Shown: positions 42,651 to 53,290 of the stretch, piece by piece
How positions within the stretch are numbered: the stretch's first letter is position 1
Layout of the letters: each line of letters starts with the position of its first letter
Origin: Trichormus sp. ATA11-4-KO1
Lineage (GTDB): Bacteria; Cyanobacteriota; Cyanobacteriia; Cyanobacteriales; Nostocaceae
Direction: 5' to 3'
DNA length: 64,000 nt
Assembly (NCBI GenBank): GCA_019358915.1
Contig: JAHHIM010000005.1
Location: 1-64,000, forward strand
Notes under the pieces: model-generated
What the model was told of the DNA's origin: nothing
The model's input: only the letters and a program-made list of their open reading frames with translations
Databases searched by the model: none
Program-made: the position numbers and the translations under genes

Positions 42651-42830
42651 ATGACAAACGCAACCAACGTTAACGCTCAAGTAACCGAAGATCGCAACTC
42701 TTGGCGTTGGGGCTTTACACCCCAAGCAGAAATCTGGAACGGTCGCTTGGCAATGATTGGCTTTTTAGCAGCTGCATTAGTTGAGTTCTTTTCTGGTCAA
42801 GGCTTTCTTCATTTTTGGGGAATTCTGTAA
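42651..42830 (+). CDS. hli: High light-inducible protein (Hli/SCP)
   Basis: [19 protein letters not shown] chlorophyll-binding motif. Confidence 0.95.
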   Translation: MTNATNVNAQVTEDRNSWRWGFTPQAEIWNGRLAMIGFLAAALVEFFSGQGFLHFWGIL

Positions 42831-42870
42831 GTTTCATTACAGAGAATTAGCTACATAAAAAAATAAATAA

Positions 42871-42905
42871 AAACCTGGTAGTTAATTACTACTACCAGGC
42901 TTTTT
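42871..42905. terminator. Bidirectional terminator between hli and sigA
   Basis: CCTGGTAGT / ACTACCAGG stem flanked by A- and T-runs. Confidence 0.75.
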
Positions 42906-42942
42906 AATTGTTTGTCATCAGACAGTTGTTTCTAGCTAATGA

Positions 42943-44115
42943 CTACCGAATATATTCCTTAAGAACACTGTTGCGATTTGGGTGACGTAACTTGCGGAGT
43001 GCTTTCGCCTCAATTTGACGAATCCGTTCGCGAGTAACGTTGAAAATCTGCCCAATTTCCTCAAGTGTTTTCATGCGACCGTCATCCAAACCATAGCGGA
43101 GTCTGAGTACATCACGTTCACGAGGACTGAGGCTATCGAGGACTTTTTCTAAATCTTCACGCAGAAGATTTTTAGAAACCTGATCTTCAGGAGTTTCACC
43201 ATCGGATTCAATAAAATCGCCCAATCGAGAATCTTCTTCTTTACCGATGGGTGTTTCTAGTGAAATAGGCAACTGGGCAGATTTAGCGATAAACCGCAAC
43301 TTCTCGATGGTCATTTCCATGCGAGTAGCGATTTCTTCTTCTGTGGGTTTGCGACCCATTTCTTGAGATAGTAACTTGGTAGTCTTCTTGATCCGCGAGA
43401 TGGTTTCATAGAGGTGAACCGGGAGGCGGATAGTGCGGGATTGATCAGCGATCGCACGGGTAATTGCTTGACGAATCCACCATGTAGCGTAGGTAGAAAA
43501 CTTATAACCTTTTTCGTGGTCAAACTTTTCCGCAGCGCGAATCAAACCGAGACTGCCTTCCTGAATTAAGTCTTGGAAAGACAAACCACGATTCATATAT
43601 TTCTTGGCAATTGACACCACAAGACGCAGGTTTGACTGCACCATTTTATCTTTTGCCCTGCGACCAATATGCAGTCGATAACGAAATGCTGGCAAAGGTA
43701 GTTGTACTGCTTCTGCCCATTCGCTGTCTCGAGGATCGCGTTCTAACTGCTCGGAAAGCCTTTCCCTTACCCTCTCTAATTCCAACAAATCGGCGATTTT
43801 GCGCGCTAATTCAATTTCTTCATCTGCCCGCAACAGACGAATTCGACCAATTTCTTGTAAATAAAGGCGAATCGAGTCTTCGGTGTAGTGCTTTTTCTTG
43901 CTTTGTGTCCGACGACGCGATTTAGCGGCTTTTCCAGACTTTGCGTCGTCCTCATCAGACTGAGGCTCTAAAAATTCATCTTCGCCATCATCGTTAATCA
44001 GCAAGTCCTCTTCTTCTTCTTCGTCGATTAAGAGTTCTAACTCGAGCTCAGGCTGATTCATTATTTCTAGGTCAGGCTGATAAATGCTTTCGAGTACGTT
44101 GTTAGCCTGGTTCAT
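42943..44115 (-). CDS. sigA: Principal RNA polymerase sigma factor
   Basis: [63 protein letters not shown]; acidic N-terminus. Confidence 0.97.
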   Translation of the reverse strand: MNQANNVLESIYQPDLEIMNQPELELELLIDEEEEEDLLINDDGEDEFLEPQSDEDDAKSGKAAKSRRRTQSKKKHYTEDSIRLYLQEIGRIRLLRADEEIELARKIADLLELERVRERLSEQLERDPRDSEWAEAVQLPLPAFRYRLHIGRRAKDKMVQSNLRLVVSIAKKYMNRGLSFQDLIQEGSLGLIRAAEKFDHEKGYKFSTYATWWIRQAITRAIADQSRTIRLPVHLYETISRIKKTTKLLSQEMGRKPTEEEIATRMEMTIEKLRFIAKSAQLPISLETPIGKEEDSRLGDFIESDGETPEDQVSKNLLREDLEKVLDSLSPRERDVLRLRYGLDDGRMKTLEEIGQIFNVTRERIRQIEAKALRKLRHPNRNSVLKEYIR

Positions 44116-45690
44116 GCCGCGTTCCTCATGCTCCTTGCAGAATCAATTACTCAACATGTGTTTACTGCTCTTTTTAAATGAGCTAGTTAACAACCGAAAA
44201 TAGGGTTTTAGGCTGATTTCCCTGGAATGTTTTCGGAAGTTTTGCTCCCCTTTTAGAGGATTTCTTAACTGTATGTGGAAAGTCGCAGTTACTGCTGACT
44301 TACTCACCTTAGTTAAAAGCCATATGTGTTGCTAAGGCACACAACTTTTAACTGGTTCGTCTAAAAAGACTTGTCTTGATCTAGAAATCTACCACTCCAT
44401 ATAAATGAAATATGACTGTTGGCATATTTTCCGATAAAGACTGTTCCGATTGTAGCCTGTTTCACAAAAATTGCACTCTTTTTGTGTATTAATCATGATG
44501 TCATTAAGCAAGGTAAAGCCACTATTATCAAAAAGATATTGGAAATGGTAGTCAGACCCTTAAATTTTTTCTAAAACTTTTTGGAATTCTAGTGGCATCA
44601 TCTTTACATTCAAAGGAAACTACACTCGCCCTTACACAATTTTAGGTATTATGTACAACATTAATTACCTAGAAACAGTGCTTTTTATATTAACTTAGGC
44701 GAGAAATATTAATGCACCCATTTTTACATTTCCTTCATAAATGACTCATTTCTAAAAGTTGTACGGAACTCTCCATAGCTTAGATACAGCAAGAATGGTG
44801 ATACTTGTCTCAATATACTTAACCTTTCGTATGCCAAATACCTGAACTAGGGAGTTGAGGCTGTGGCAGGATCAGCCAGACGGCCAACAATTAAGATTTG
44901 ACTGATTTGGTCTTATTCACACATTAGCGCACTGTTGAGATTTCAACCCTATGAAACTTGACAAACTGTTCTTATTGTATACACCGATATTTTAATCAAT
45001 TCAGCAGAAATTTGACAGTGAAAATTACAGATATTAGCTTACTGAAGGCAAAACTTTATCGGATACAGACAAAATAACAGTCTTGACGCCAGCAAGACGG
45101 AAAGATGTTAGCAAGCTTTGATCTGCTGTTAGTAGTGAGAAGTTTAGAAGAGACAAAAATCGGATTGTTGGTTTAGAAGCTACTTGCAAATTAGATTTAC
45201 GTAATAAACTGGTTAAATTTAATACTTGAATTTCAAGAGAAATATTGTAATTTTGTGATATTCAATCTTGAAGATATTCAGCTCATTTTGCTTGGTAGAC
45301 AAGATTGAGCTTTGCTATTCAAGGATAACAAATGCTTCTCTAACTTGTGGGAGAAATCAACCCAAGAGTGATAATTCTGTACTTTTGTCTCTGACCGAAG
45401 TGCCGACCCATTTGGCATCTATAAATAATTCTCAAGCGCTGTCAGAAAATACTTGACAATAAGTTAGTTCTATGCAATGACACATATTGGAAAAATTGAT
45501 AGTTTTGCTAATCTAATGTTTATGTATTCTATCAAACAATTTTCACTGAACAAAAAGTAGCAAAAAAATTTCCCCGGTCTTTGTTGTTGCTGAGCTTGAA
45601 CTCAAACCGGGGAGTTTCGTGTTTTCTAAGGGAACTCCAAAAAATAAATTATCCAATTGTTACATCTAATACAACTCTTAAATCCTTAAA

Positions 45691-46347
45691 TTACTGTGGT
45701 GTGGGGCTTGTGTTCACAGTGGCTGGGAAGTTTGGTGGCAGAATAACTCTGTCAACTACATGAACAACGCCGTTGCTAGCTGGGATGTCTGCCTGAGTCA
45801 CCTTAGCATCGTTGACGGTGATTGCGCCAGGAGCATCAGCTTTTACCGTGACAGGATTACCCTCAACTGTTTTAACTTCACCAGATGTCAGTTGGCTAGA
45901 GGTAATTTGTCCAGGTACAACGTGGTAGGCAATCAGCTTCACTAATTGGTCTTTGTTTTCTGGTCTCAAGAGGTTGTCTAAAGTATCTTTTGGTAATGCG
46001 GCAAAAGCGGCATCAGTAGGGGCAAATACTGTGTAAGGACCTGGCGTTGCTAATTGTTCCTTTAAACCTGCGGCTTCCACTGCCCGTGTTAGTGTTTGAA
46101 ATTGTCCTTCTTTAGCTGCTGCCTGTGCTAGTTCTGCCAAATTGAGGTCAGCAGTTGTTTCTGTACGAGTATCGGCAACGGGAGGGGCAGTAGTGGTAGG
46201 AGTTTCCGTGACGGGAGGAGCGGCAGGTGGAGCTTGTGTGACAGGCTGGGCACAGGCAGATAGAGCAACCAGGCTGCCTACACCAATAATATTGAATAAT
46301 GTTTTTTCTACTATGCTTTGACTCACTTTCATAGTTTTGGGTAACAT
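45691..46347 (-). CDS. Fasciclin-domain lipoprotein
   Basis: Lipobox LSAC, Pro/Thr linker, YTVFAPTDAAF, NGVVHVVDRVI. Confidence 0.88.
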   Translation of the reverse strand: MLPKTMKVSQSIVEKTLFNIIGVGSLVALSACAQPVTQAPPAAPPVTETPTTTAPPVADTRTETTADLNLAELAQAAAKEGQFQTLTRAVEAAGLKEQLATPGPYTVFAPTDAAFAALPKDTLDNLLRPENKDQLVKLIAYHVVPGQITSSQLTSGEVKTVEGNPVTVKADAPGAITVNDAKVTQADIPASNGVVHVVDRVILPPNFPATVNTSPTPQ

Positions 46348-46625
46348 CCAGTTCAGTAGAGAATTACTGACAATAGTTAATAATTTTATGGATATCGTCC
46401 CTCAGCCTAACGACGTAGTTTAAAAATACATAAATTGAGTTGTAAATTTTAGCACTTAAGATCAATAAAATATTTAGACAAAATGAATTTTACACCTGCT
46501 CTTGGCTGAATAAGCGTTTGAGTCGATTTTGATGGGTAATTTTAAGTTGTGCAAATACTTAACATTTCCTAGAGATGCATCAGTCAAAAGAAATAAGCTA
46601 TCGTACCAAAACTTTCCTACTTGAT

Positions 46626-46921
46626 ATGACCTACGAATAGGTAAAGAGCCTAAGGTCAGAAGACTTTAAACGCTTGTGTGGTGTACATCCAGATACTTTT
46701 AACGAGATGGTAGAGGTAGTGCGATAAGCCTAACGGCATAGCTTCGCTTACCGCTTGAGCGAACAAAACAGAAAACAGGCCGACCGGGTAAATTAAGCTT
46801 ACAAGACCAATTGTTGATGACATGAGAATACTGGAGAGAGTACCGTACCTATTTCCATATAGGTCAATCTTGGGGAGTAAATGAGTCTACAGCTTACCGA
46901 ATTATCCGAAAAATAGAAGAT
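46626..46921 (+). pseudogene. IS5-family (IS702/ISL2-like) transposase N-terminal remnant
   Basis: MTYE*VKSLRSEDFKRLCGV...KLSLQDQLLMT*EYWREYRTYFHIGQSWGVNESTAYRIIRKIED; two stops and a 26-bp frameshifting insert. Confidence 0.8.
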
Positions 46922-46953
46922 AGTACAAACCTTATTTTGTCTGTCTTGTAGCC

Positions 46954-47100
46954 TTATTGTCGCCCCCTCAGGGTAATATCATGACCTTTTTTATTGGCAT
47001 TTACACATATTCGTCCTGTCCAACCAAGACAATCAGGGTCGCCTGCACCATTAACAAATGACTCGCTCAGAAAACAAATTCTAATTTGATGTCCAGATTT
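46954..47100 (-). pseudogene. Truncated GDSL/SGNH hydrolase N-terminus
   Basis: QIRICFLSESFVNGAGDPDCLGWTGRICVNANKKGHDIT, then a stop; resembles SGNH block I. Confidence 0.55.
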
Positions 47101-47132
47101 TAAGCCACTAAACTTTCTCTTCTTTACTAAGT

Positions 47133-47939
47133 TTACCTGGGATTAGCTAATAACCAACTAACTGCAAAATCAACAGCATTTATGATAGAAAATAGCTTTG
47201 TTTGTGCAGAGCCAACTGTCGAGACTTTGACATGACCAGCTTGCTCAAAAGCTTCACCCATGTCCACAAAATTTTCACTGTCTAATTCAATGTCTGTATA
47301 TAATTTCCAGACTCGCTCTCCCGTCTCTACAATAGGTGCACCTTTGTTAACTCGCTTTGTTTGACCAACTCGATACTCACCTAGATGAAAACTGGTACAA
47401 TTGTCGTACCCAACCCCCAATAACATCACCCAACCGTTCAATTCATAGAGACGAGCTAACGGCGAACTTTCTCCCAGGGAGTTATCAAGAGTATGATCTG
47501 AGGTGATTTCTTCGGCGTGCTTTCCCCAAGCAGCAAACGAAACTGCTGGATGAGAACTCCGTACTACATTTTGCCAAGTTCGGAAAGTTTCAACAATCTT
47601 ACCCATACCTCTTGTAGGAGTTATCCTTGGGTCAAAAGCTGGCATGGTTTTACGAATAATTGACCACCAGTCACTGGGAACAGAAGGTGCTTGCCACTCA
47701 GCCGGGTCAGATAAATCACCAGAATGGGTAGGCATTACCAAAGTCCCTGCTGGCGTAATTACATCCATCAGTGCCTGAACCACTGCAACTGAACCTCCAC
47801 AAACCCATCCTAGAGAACTGAGAGAAGAGTGTACTATCACAGTCATACCTGAAGTTAAACCTGCATTGAAAAATTCTGTAGCCAGATTCTGACGAGTGCG
47901 AGGTGATGCTGTGCTCAAAATTATTTTTGATTTACTCAT
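47133..47939 (-). CDS. AAC(3)/YokD-family N-acetyltransferase
   Basis: VHSSLSSLGWVCGG, GTLVMPT, RSSHPAVSFAAWG, LLGVGYDNCTSFHLGE. Confidence 0.9.
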   Translation of the reverse strand: MSKSKIILSTASPRTRQNLATEFFNAGLTSGMTVIVHSSLSSLGWVCGGSVAVVQALMDVITPAGTLVMPTHSGDLSDPAEWQAPSVPSDWWSIIRKTMPAFDPRITPTRGMGKIVETFRTWQNVVRSSHPAVSFAAWGKHAEEITSDHTLDNSLGESSPLARLYELNGWVMLLGVGYDNCTSFHLGEYRVGQTKRVNKGAPIVETGERVWKLYTDIELDSENFVDMGEAFEQAGHVKVSTVGSAQTKLFSIINAVDFAVSWLLANPR

Positions 47940-47985
47940 GTAAATTCTAAGTAAGTTTTCTGTATACAAAAAATACTTAAAAATA

Positions 47986-48011
47986 AGAGAGGCAGATAAT
48001 TCTACCTCTCT
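47986..48011 (-). terminator. Hairpin downstream of rbcS
   Basis: AGAGAGGCAGA / TCTACCTCTCT stem; T-rich tail on the minus strand. Confidence 0.6.
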
Positions 48012-48060
48012 ATCAAGGGAAAAATTAATTTAATTTCCCCAAAATTAATTCAGCTTATTT

Positions 48061-48390
48061 TTAGTATCTGCTGGGTTTGTGAACAATAAAGCTGAGAATT
48101 TGGCACTGCTTGATGTTGTCAAAACCCACAACACGGATATAGCAGTTGCTATATTGAGAACGGCAAGATTGTACTTCGTTCAGTACTTCTTGAGTGGATT
48201 TAGCGCCAAACAAAGGTAATTTCCACATTGTCCAGAACAATTCGGTTGGTTCAGAAGTTTCGTTGAACTCAACAGCTGGAATATAACCTTGAGTCAAGAT
48301 GTACTGAATCTGCTTGGCAATTTGCGCATCAGAAAGAGGTGGTAGATAAGAAAGGGTTTCGTAACGACGCTCTTTTGGTAAAGTTTGCAT
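48061..48390 (-). CDS. rbcS: RuBisCO small subunit
   Basis: [30 protein letters not shown]. Confidence 0.98.
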   Translation of the reverse strand: MQTLPKERRYETLSYLPPLSDAQIAKQIQYILTQGYIPAVEFNETSEPTELFWTMWKLPLFGAKSTQEVLNEVQSCRSQYSNCYIRVVGFDNIKQCQILSFIVHKPSRY

Positions 48391-48447
48391 AGCTTTTGAT
48401 AATGGGTGGGGATTGATACTAGTTTTCAGCTATCAGTGAATAACTAT

Positions 48448-48846
48448 TCACTGTTCACTGTTGGAATCTGAACTTGTCTGCTGTTCTGGTTGCGGACTGG
48501 GGTGAGATGTATCTATGAGTGTGATGCGTTCTAGATGCTGGCGACGTTGTTCCATATTGGCTTGCTGAATGCCAGTAAGAACCATTTCTGGAAGAAATTC
48601 GGCGACTTCTACTGCTATATGTTCTCTGACAGTCATGATCCGCAATGCCAAATCTGGCTTTTCTTGAAACAGTTGCTCAAGATACGCTTCTCCATCCTGG
48701 ATTTTGCCGACGGAAAAGTTATGTAACCAAAGTTCCAATGGTGGATTTGTTTCGCCTAGCTGTACCAGTACTGTCTTCAGCGCCTGATAAGTCAGGTAGC
48801 TTTGCAGTGTCTTGGCTGTATCCTTGGCAATTTGCTTAAGATTCAT
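48448..48846 (-). CDS. rbcX: RuBisCO chaperone RbcX
   Basis: SYLTYQA, QLGETNP, LALRIMTVRE; lies between rbcL and rbcS. Confidence 0.97.
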   Translation of the reverse strand: MNLKQIAKDTAKTLQSYLTYQALKTVLVQLGETNPPLELWLHNFSVGKIQDGEAYLEQLFQEKPDLALRIMTVREHIAVEVAEFLPEMVLTGIQQANMEQRRQHLERITLIDTSHPSPQPEQQTSSDSNSEQ

Positions 48847-48904
48847 GTTTGACCCCAGCCCATAAAAAGTAAAAAGTAAAGAAAAAGAATGTTTATTTCT
48901 TCTA

Positions 48905-49004
48905 CCCTTCGGGTTCGCAGTCGCTCATGGGGGAAACCATGCCAGTTGCTCATGGGGGAAACCCCCAAGACCGCACTGTCTCCCCAAGACCGCGCTGTCT
49001 CACC
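48905..49004 (+). repeat. Self-nested ~44-bp dispersed repeats in the rbcL-rbcX spacer
   Basis: Inner copy 48939-48982 splits an outer copy at GGGGGAAACC|CCCAAGACC. Confidence 0.8.
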
Positions 49005-49032
49005 TTTTAACTTTTTACTTGTTACCGGAGGA

Positions 49033-50463
49033 TCAGACAGTATCCATGGCCTCGAACTCGAACTTGATTTCTTTCCACAGTTCGCAAGCTACAGCTAGTT
49101 CAGGACTCCACTTAGCAGCTTCGCGGATCACGTCGTTACCTTCACGAGCCAAGTTGCGACCTTCGTTACGAGCTTGGATACAAGCTTCTAATGCTACACG
49201 GTTAGCGGTTGCACCAGGTGCGTTACCCCAGGGGTGACCAAGAGTACCACCACCGAATTGTAGTACAGAGTCATCACCGAAGATTTCTACAAGTGCAGGC
49301 ATGTGCCATACGTGGATACCACCGGAAGCAACTGCCATGACACCAGGCATAGAAGCCCAATCTTGGGTGAAGTAGATACCGCGAGACTTGTCTTGCTCAA
49401 TGTAATTTTCGCGTAACAGGTCAACGAAGCCCATTGTGATCCCACGTTCACCTTCCAATTTACCAACTACGGTGCCGGTGTGGATGTGGTCACCACCAGA
49501 CATGCGTAGGGTTTTAGCCAAAACGCGGAAGTGGATACCGTGGTTCTTTTGACGATCGATAACAGCGTGCATCGCCCGGTGAATGTGTAGCAACAAACCG
49601 TTGTCACGACACCAACGAGCCAATGTGGTGTTGGCGGTGAAACCTGCTGTCAGGTAGTCGTGCATGATGATGGGCATTTTGAGTTCTTTAGCGAACTCAG
49701 CCCGTTGCAACATTTGTTCACAGGTGGGAGCGGTGACGTTGAGGTAGTGACCTTTGATTTCACCAGTTTCTGCTTGTGCTTTGTGGATGGCTTCTGCGAC
49801 AAACAAGAAGCGATCGCGCCATCTTTGGAAAGGTGCAGAGTTGATGTTTTCGTCGTCTTTGGTGAAGTCCAAACCACCGCGCAAGCACTCGTATACAGCG
49901 CGTCCGTAGTTCTTAGCAGATAAACCTAATTTGGGCTTAATGGTACAACCCAGCAACGGACGACCATATTTGTTTAACTTGTCACGTTCAACTTGAATAC
50001 CGTGAGGAGGCCCTTGGAAGGTCTTCAGGTAAGCTACAGGAATCCGCAAGTCTTCCAAACGCAGTGCCCGCAAAGCTTTAAAACCAAATACGTTGCCGAC
50101 AATAGAGGTCAACATATTGGTGACGGAGCCTTCCTCGAACAAATCTAGAGGATAAGCAACGTAGCAGATGTATTGGTTATCTTCACCAGCAACGGGTTCG
50201 ATGTCGTAGCAACGACCTTTGTAGCGGTCTAGGTCGGTGAGCAAGTCTGTCCACACAGTTGTCCAAGTACCGGTGGAAGACTCAGCCGCCACAGCAGCAC
50301 CTGCTTCTTCGGGGGGAACTCCAGGTTGGGGAGTCATCCGGAATGCCGCAAGAATATCTGTATCTTTAGGTGTGTAATCTGGGGTGTAATAAGTTAGTCT
50401 GTAATCTTTTACCCCGGCTTGATACCCTGATTTGCTCTGGGTCTTCGTTTGAGCGTAAGACAT
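49033..50463 (-). CDS. rbcL: RuBisCO large subunit (form IB)
   Basis: [12 protein letters not shown] catalytic motif; canonical 476 aa. Confidence 0.99.
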   Translation of the reverse strand: MSYAQTKTQSKSGYQAGVKDYRLTYYTPDYTPKDTDILAAFRMTPQPGVPPEEAGAAVAAESSTGTWTTVWTDLLTDLDRYKGRCYDIEPVAGEDNQYICYVAYPLDLFEEGSVTNMLTSIVGNVFGFKALRALRLEDLRIPVAYLKTFQGPPHGIQVERDKLNKYGRPLLGCTIKPKLGLSAKNYGRAVYECLRGGLDFTKDDENINSAPFQRWRDRFLFVAEAIHKAQAETGEIKGHYLNVTAPTCEQMLQRAEFAKELKMPIIMHDYLTAGFTANTTLARWCRDNGLLLHIHRAMHAVIDRQKNHGIHFRVLAKTLRMSGGDHIHTGTVVGKLEGERGITMGFVDLLRENYIEQDKSRGIYFTQDWASMPGVMAVASGGIHVWHMPALVEIFGDDSVLQFGGGTLGHPWGNAPGATANRVALEACIQARNEGRNLAREGNDVIREAAKWSPELAVACELWKEIKFEFEAMDTV

Positions 50464-50961
50464 AAATTCCCTTCCAAGAAGTCACTCTATTAATTACTTA
50501 ATCAAATCACGTTCTGTGCAACTTCTTCTGACTCCTACTCCTTCCCTCAATTAATTGAAGGGAAAAATCAGGAAAAATTTTTTGTTAGAGGTTGCCTTTG
50601 GCAAAGGATAGCGGTTTTCTGGCAACGAACAATTTGTGACAAATGTTCTATCCACGCAAAGGTACATGACCGAGCGCTTTCGCTTTTCCCTCATCCTGTG
50701 AATAAAAATTCTCTTTTATCTCTTTCTCTTGCCCCGCTAAATTTTTGTATTTCCAGCAAAAACTCCGCACTTTGCGGAAAGTATTATATTATTCCCCTAC
50801 ACATCGGGTTTTTTAGGGGATTGGGCTTGCTGACACGCATTCCCACCTCCGCACTCTTGATATGTCCCCTAATAATGGAGTACAGACCAAGAGAGAACTT
50901 GCTTGACAGAAATTCAGCAGAGTGGTAAGTGAAAGAAAAAGAAATTGCACACCACGTAATT

Positions 50962-50982
50962 TGTAACTTGTCTCACAATATA
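50962..50982 (-). promoter_or_regulatory. rbcL promoter -10 box with adjacent NtcA-type site
   Basis: Minus strand reads TATATTGTGAGACAAGTTACA: a -10 TATATT overlapping TGT-N10-ACA, about 500 nt upstream of rbcL. Confidence 0.6.
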
Positions 50983-51280
50983 TCAAGAATTTGATAAGTT
51001 ATTCTTTGAAAGTTTTTAACTTATTTATTTAAATTTGTTATTACATAAAGTTTTAAACATTTTGTTAAGAGTAATTTACAAAAAAACAGTAAGGGAGTAG
51101 AGAAGAGGCAGGGGGTAGGGTGCCGGGAGGAAAAGAAGGGGTGAAGTTATTTTCCCAATGACTAATTTAAAAAAATGTGTTGGTGACGTTTAAAACACAT
51201 TCACTAGGGGAACACTGAAATTAACCGCCAGCCTGTTTAGGTAATGGTTATAAGTACTATCTCCAAAGGAGAATGTCACC

Positions 51281-52405
51281 GTGGTATTGTTTCACAAGCG
51301 AACTAAATTATTGCTTACTTCTATATTTCTGGGGTTGATAACTTTGCCAAGCATTGGTATTGTAACCATGACAAATGCGGCAAGGGCAGACAAAATTGGT
51401 ACTAGTGTACCGCCACAAAAAACCCCTGACATCGATTCATCCGAGTTAACCCCTTCTTATCCGGCTGTACCACCACCACCGCGAGTAGACCCTTTACCTG
51501 ATGAACGGGGAATCCAAGAGAGGTCGATAGAAACAGATTATCGTGTTAACAACCTACTAGGCGATTTTACAGGTAATCTCTGGGTGGGTTCCTGGCGAGG
51601 ATTATCGCGAATTGACCCAAACACAGGCAAAATTTTAGCTCGTGTTAGTTTACCAAATATTGCCATTGGTGATTTGGCCCAAGACAAAGTGGGACGCTTG
51701 TGGGTAGGGACTTATGAGGGACTGAAGCGAGTAGACCCCCGCACTAGTGAAATTACAGCGCAGAATTTATTTTTGCCCTCCAAGCGGGTTTTGTCGTTGT
51801 TGATTGACAAGCGAGGCTATTTATGGGCGGGAACTGATAATGGCTTAGCTCTAATTAGTCCTGACCAAGGCTTAATTATGACCACATTAAAAAAGTTGCC
51901 TGGGGTTAGCGCCAACGCCATGACTTTAGATGCCGAAGGTCAATTGTGGATTGGCACACTGGATGGACTAGTGCGGGTGAATACTGCCAGCGCTATGATC
52001 ATAAAACGGATTAACGAGTTACCAGGAACAACCGTACAAGCTTTAGCCATTAGTCCAGAAGGGTTAATTTGGGCAGGAATGCCAAATAATTTGCTAGTGA
52101 TTAACCCAAAAACTGGTGCAGTCCTGAGGTCTGTAACTCGCCTGCGGGGACGGAATGTTACAGCAGTGCGTTTTGCCCAAGATGGTAGTGTATGGGTAGG
52201 AACTCACAATGGTTTGTTACGATTAAATCCAAATACAGGAGCTGTATTAGACGAAGTTGCTGGACTTCCTTCTAGTCGAGTTCTTGCCCTTGCGCCCGAC
52301 ATCGGCAATAAATTATGGGTTGGCACTAGTGAAGGTCTAGCTTGGTTAATGCCCAAAATGGAAAAAGCAAAACCTCATCTGGCTTTCAGTCGGGCTGTTC
52401 AATGA
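51281..52405 (+). CDS. Secreted beta-propeller protein (two-component regulator propeller repeats)
   Basis: Signal sequence plus about seven GxLWVGT repeats. Confidence 0.8.
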   Translation: MVLFHKRTKLLLTSIFLGLITLPSIGIVTMTNAARADKIGTSVPPQKTPDIDSSELTPSYPAVPPPPRVDPLPDERGIQERSIETDYRVNNLLGDFTGNLWVGSWRGLSRIDPNTGKILARVSLPNIAIGDLAQDKVGRLWVGTYEGLKRVDPRTSEITAQNLFLPSKRVLSLLIDKRGYLWAGTDNGLALISPDQGLIMTTLKKLPGVSANAMTLDAEGQLWIGTLDGLVRVNTASAMIIKRINELPGTTVQALAISPEGLIWAGMPNNLLVINPKTGAVLRSVTRLRGRNVTAVRFAQDGSVWVGTHNGLLRLNPNTGAVLDEVAGLPSSRVLALAPDIGNKLWVGTSEGLAWLMPKMEKAKPHLAFSRAVQ

Positions 52406-52498
52406 GGGAATAGGGGACAGGTTACAGATTACAGGGAATTAAATTTTTTCTCAGATTCCTCTATCCCCTATCTCCTATCCCCTATCACCTAATTAAAA

Positions 52499-53269
52499 AT
52501 GGCAATCACTACCCAGCAATTAATTCAATGGAAACAACAGGGACGGTCAATTGTGGCATTGACCGCCTGGGATTATGCGATCGCCCAACTGATCGATGCG
52601 GCTGGGGTAGACTTAATCCTAGTCGGAGATTCGATGGCAGCTGTTTTAGGGTATCAAACCACACTGCCAATTACCCTAGACGAAATGCTGTACCATGCTA
52701 AAGCTGTGCGTCGTGGTGTGAAACAAGCTCTAGTTGTGGTTGATTTGCCGTTTTTGACTTATCAAGAAAGCTTCCAACAAGCAATGCACTCGGCTGGGTT
52801 AGTCTTGAAGGAAACGGGCGCTCAAGCGGTTAAGTTGGAGGGTGGTTATCCAGCGATGGTAGAAACTATTACGCGTTTGGTACAAGCTGGAATTCCGGTC
52901 ATGGGTCATGTAGGTTTGACACCCCAATCAGTTCATCAATTGGGACTGCGACAACAGGGGAAAACTGAGGAGGCTGGTGAGAGGATTTTCAAAGAAGCGA
53001 TCGCCCTTGAACAAGCTGGTGTATTTTCGATAATCTTAGAGCATATTCCCGCAGATTTGGCAATGCAGATTACACAAAAATTAAGTATTCCCACAATTGG
53101 GATCGGTGCGGGAGTCCATTGTGATGGTCAGGTGTTAGTTACCTCAGATGTCCTGGGACTGACACAAAAGCAGCCACCATTTGCCAAAGTATACACAAAT
53201 CTGCGCGAGACTATTACCAAAGCTGTAGAAGATTATGCTGGGGAAGTGCGGGAACGAAAGTTTCCCTAA
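52499..53269 (+). CDS. panB: 3-methyl-2-oxobutanoate hydroxymethyltransferase
   Basis: [40 protein letters not shown]. Confidence 0.96.
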   Translation: MAITTQQLIQWKQQGRSIVALTAWDYAIAQLIDAAGVDLILVGDSMAAVLGYQTTLPITLDEMLYHAKAVRRGVKQALVVVDLPFLTYQESFQQAMHSAGLVLKETGAQAVKLEGGYPAMVETITRLVQAGIPVMGHVGLTPQSVHQLGLRQQGKTEEAGERIFKEAIALEQAGVFSIILEHIPADLAMQITQKLSIPTIGIGAGVHCDGQVLVTSDVLGLTQKQPPFAKVYTNLRETITKAVEDYAGEVRERKFP

Positions 53270-53290
53270 CTAAATACTAGGAGTAGTTTT

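Noticed and set aside
48889..49923. Short plus-strand and alternate-frame ORFs over rbcL and its spacer
   Set aside because: Shadow ORFs of a conserved gene or of repeats; the same applies to most other short overlapping ORFs in the track.
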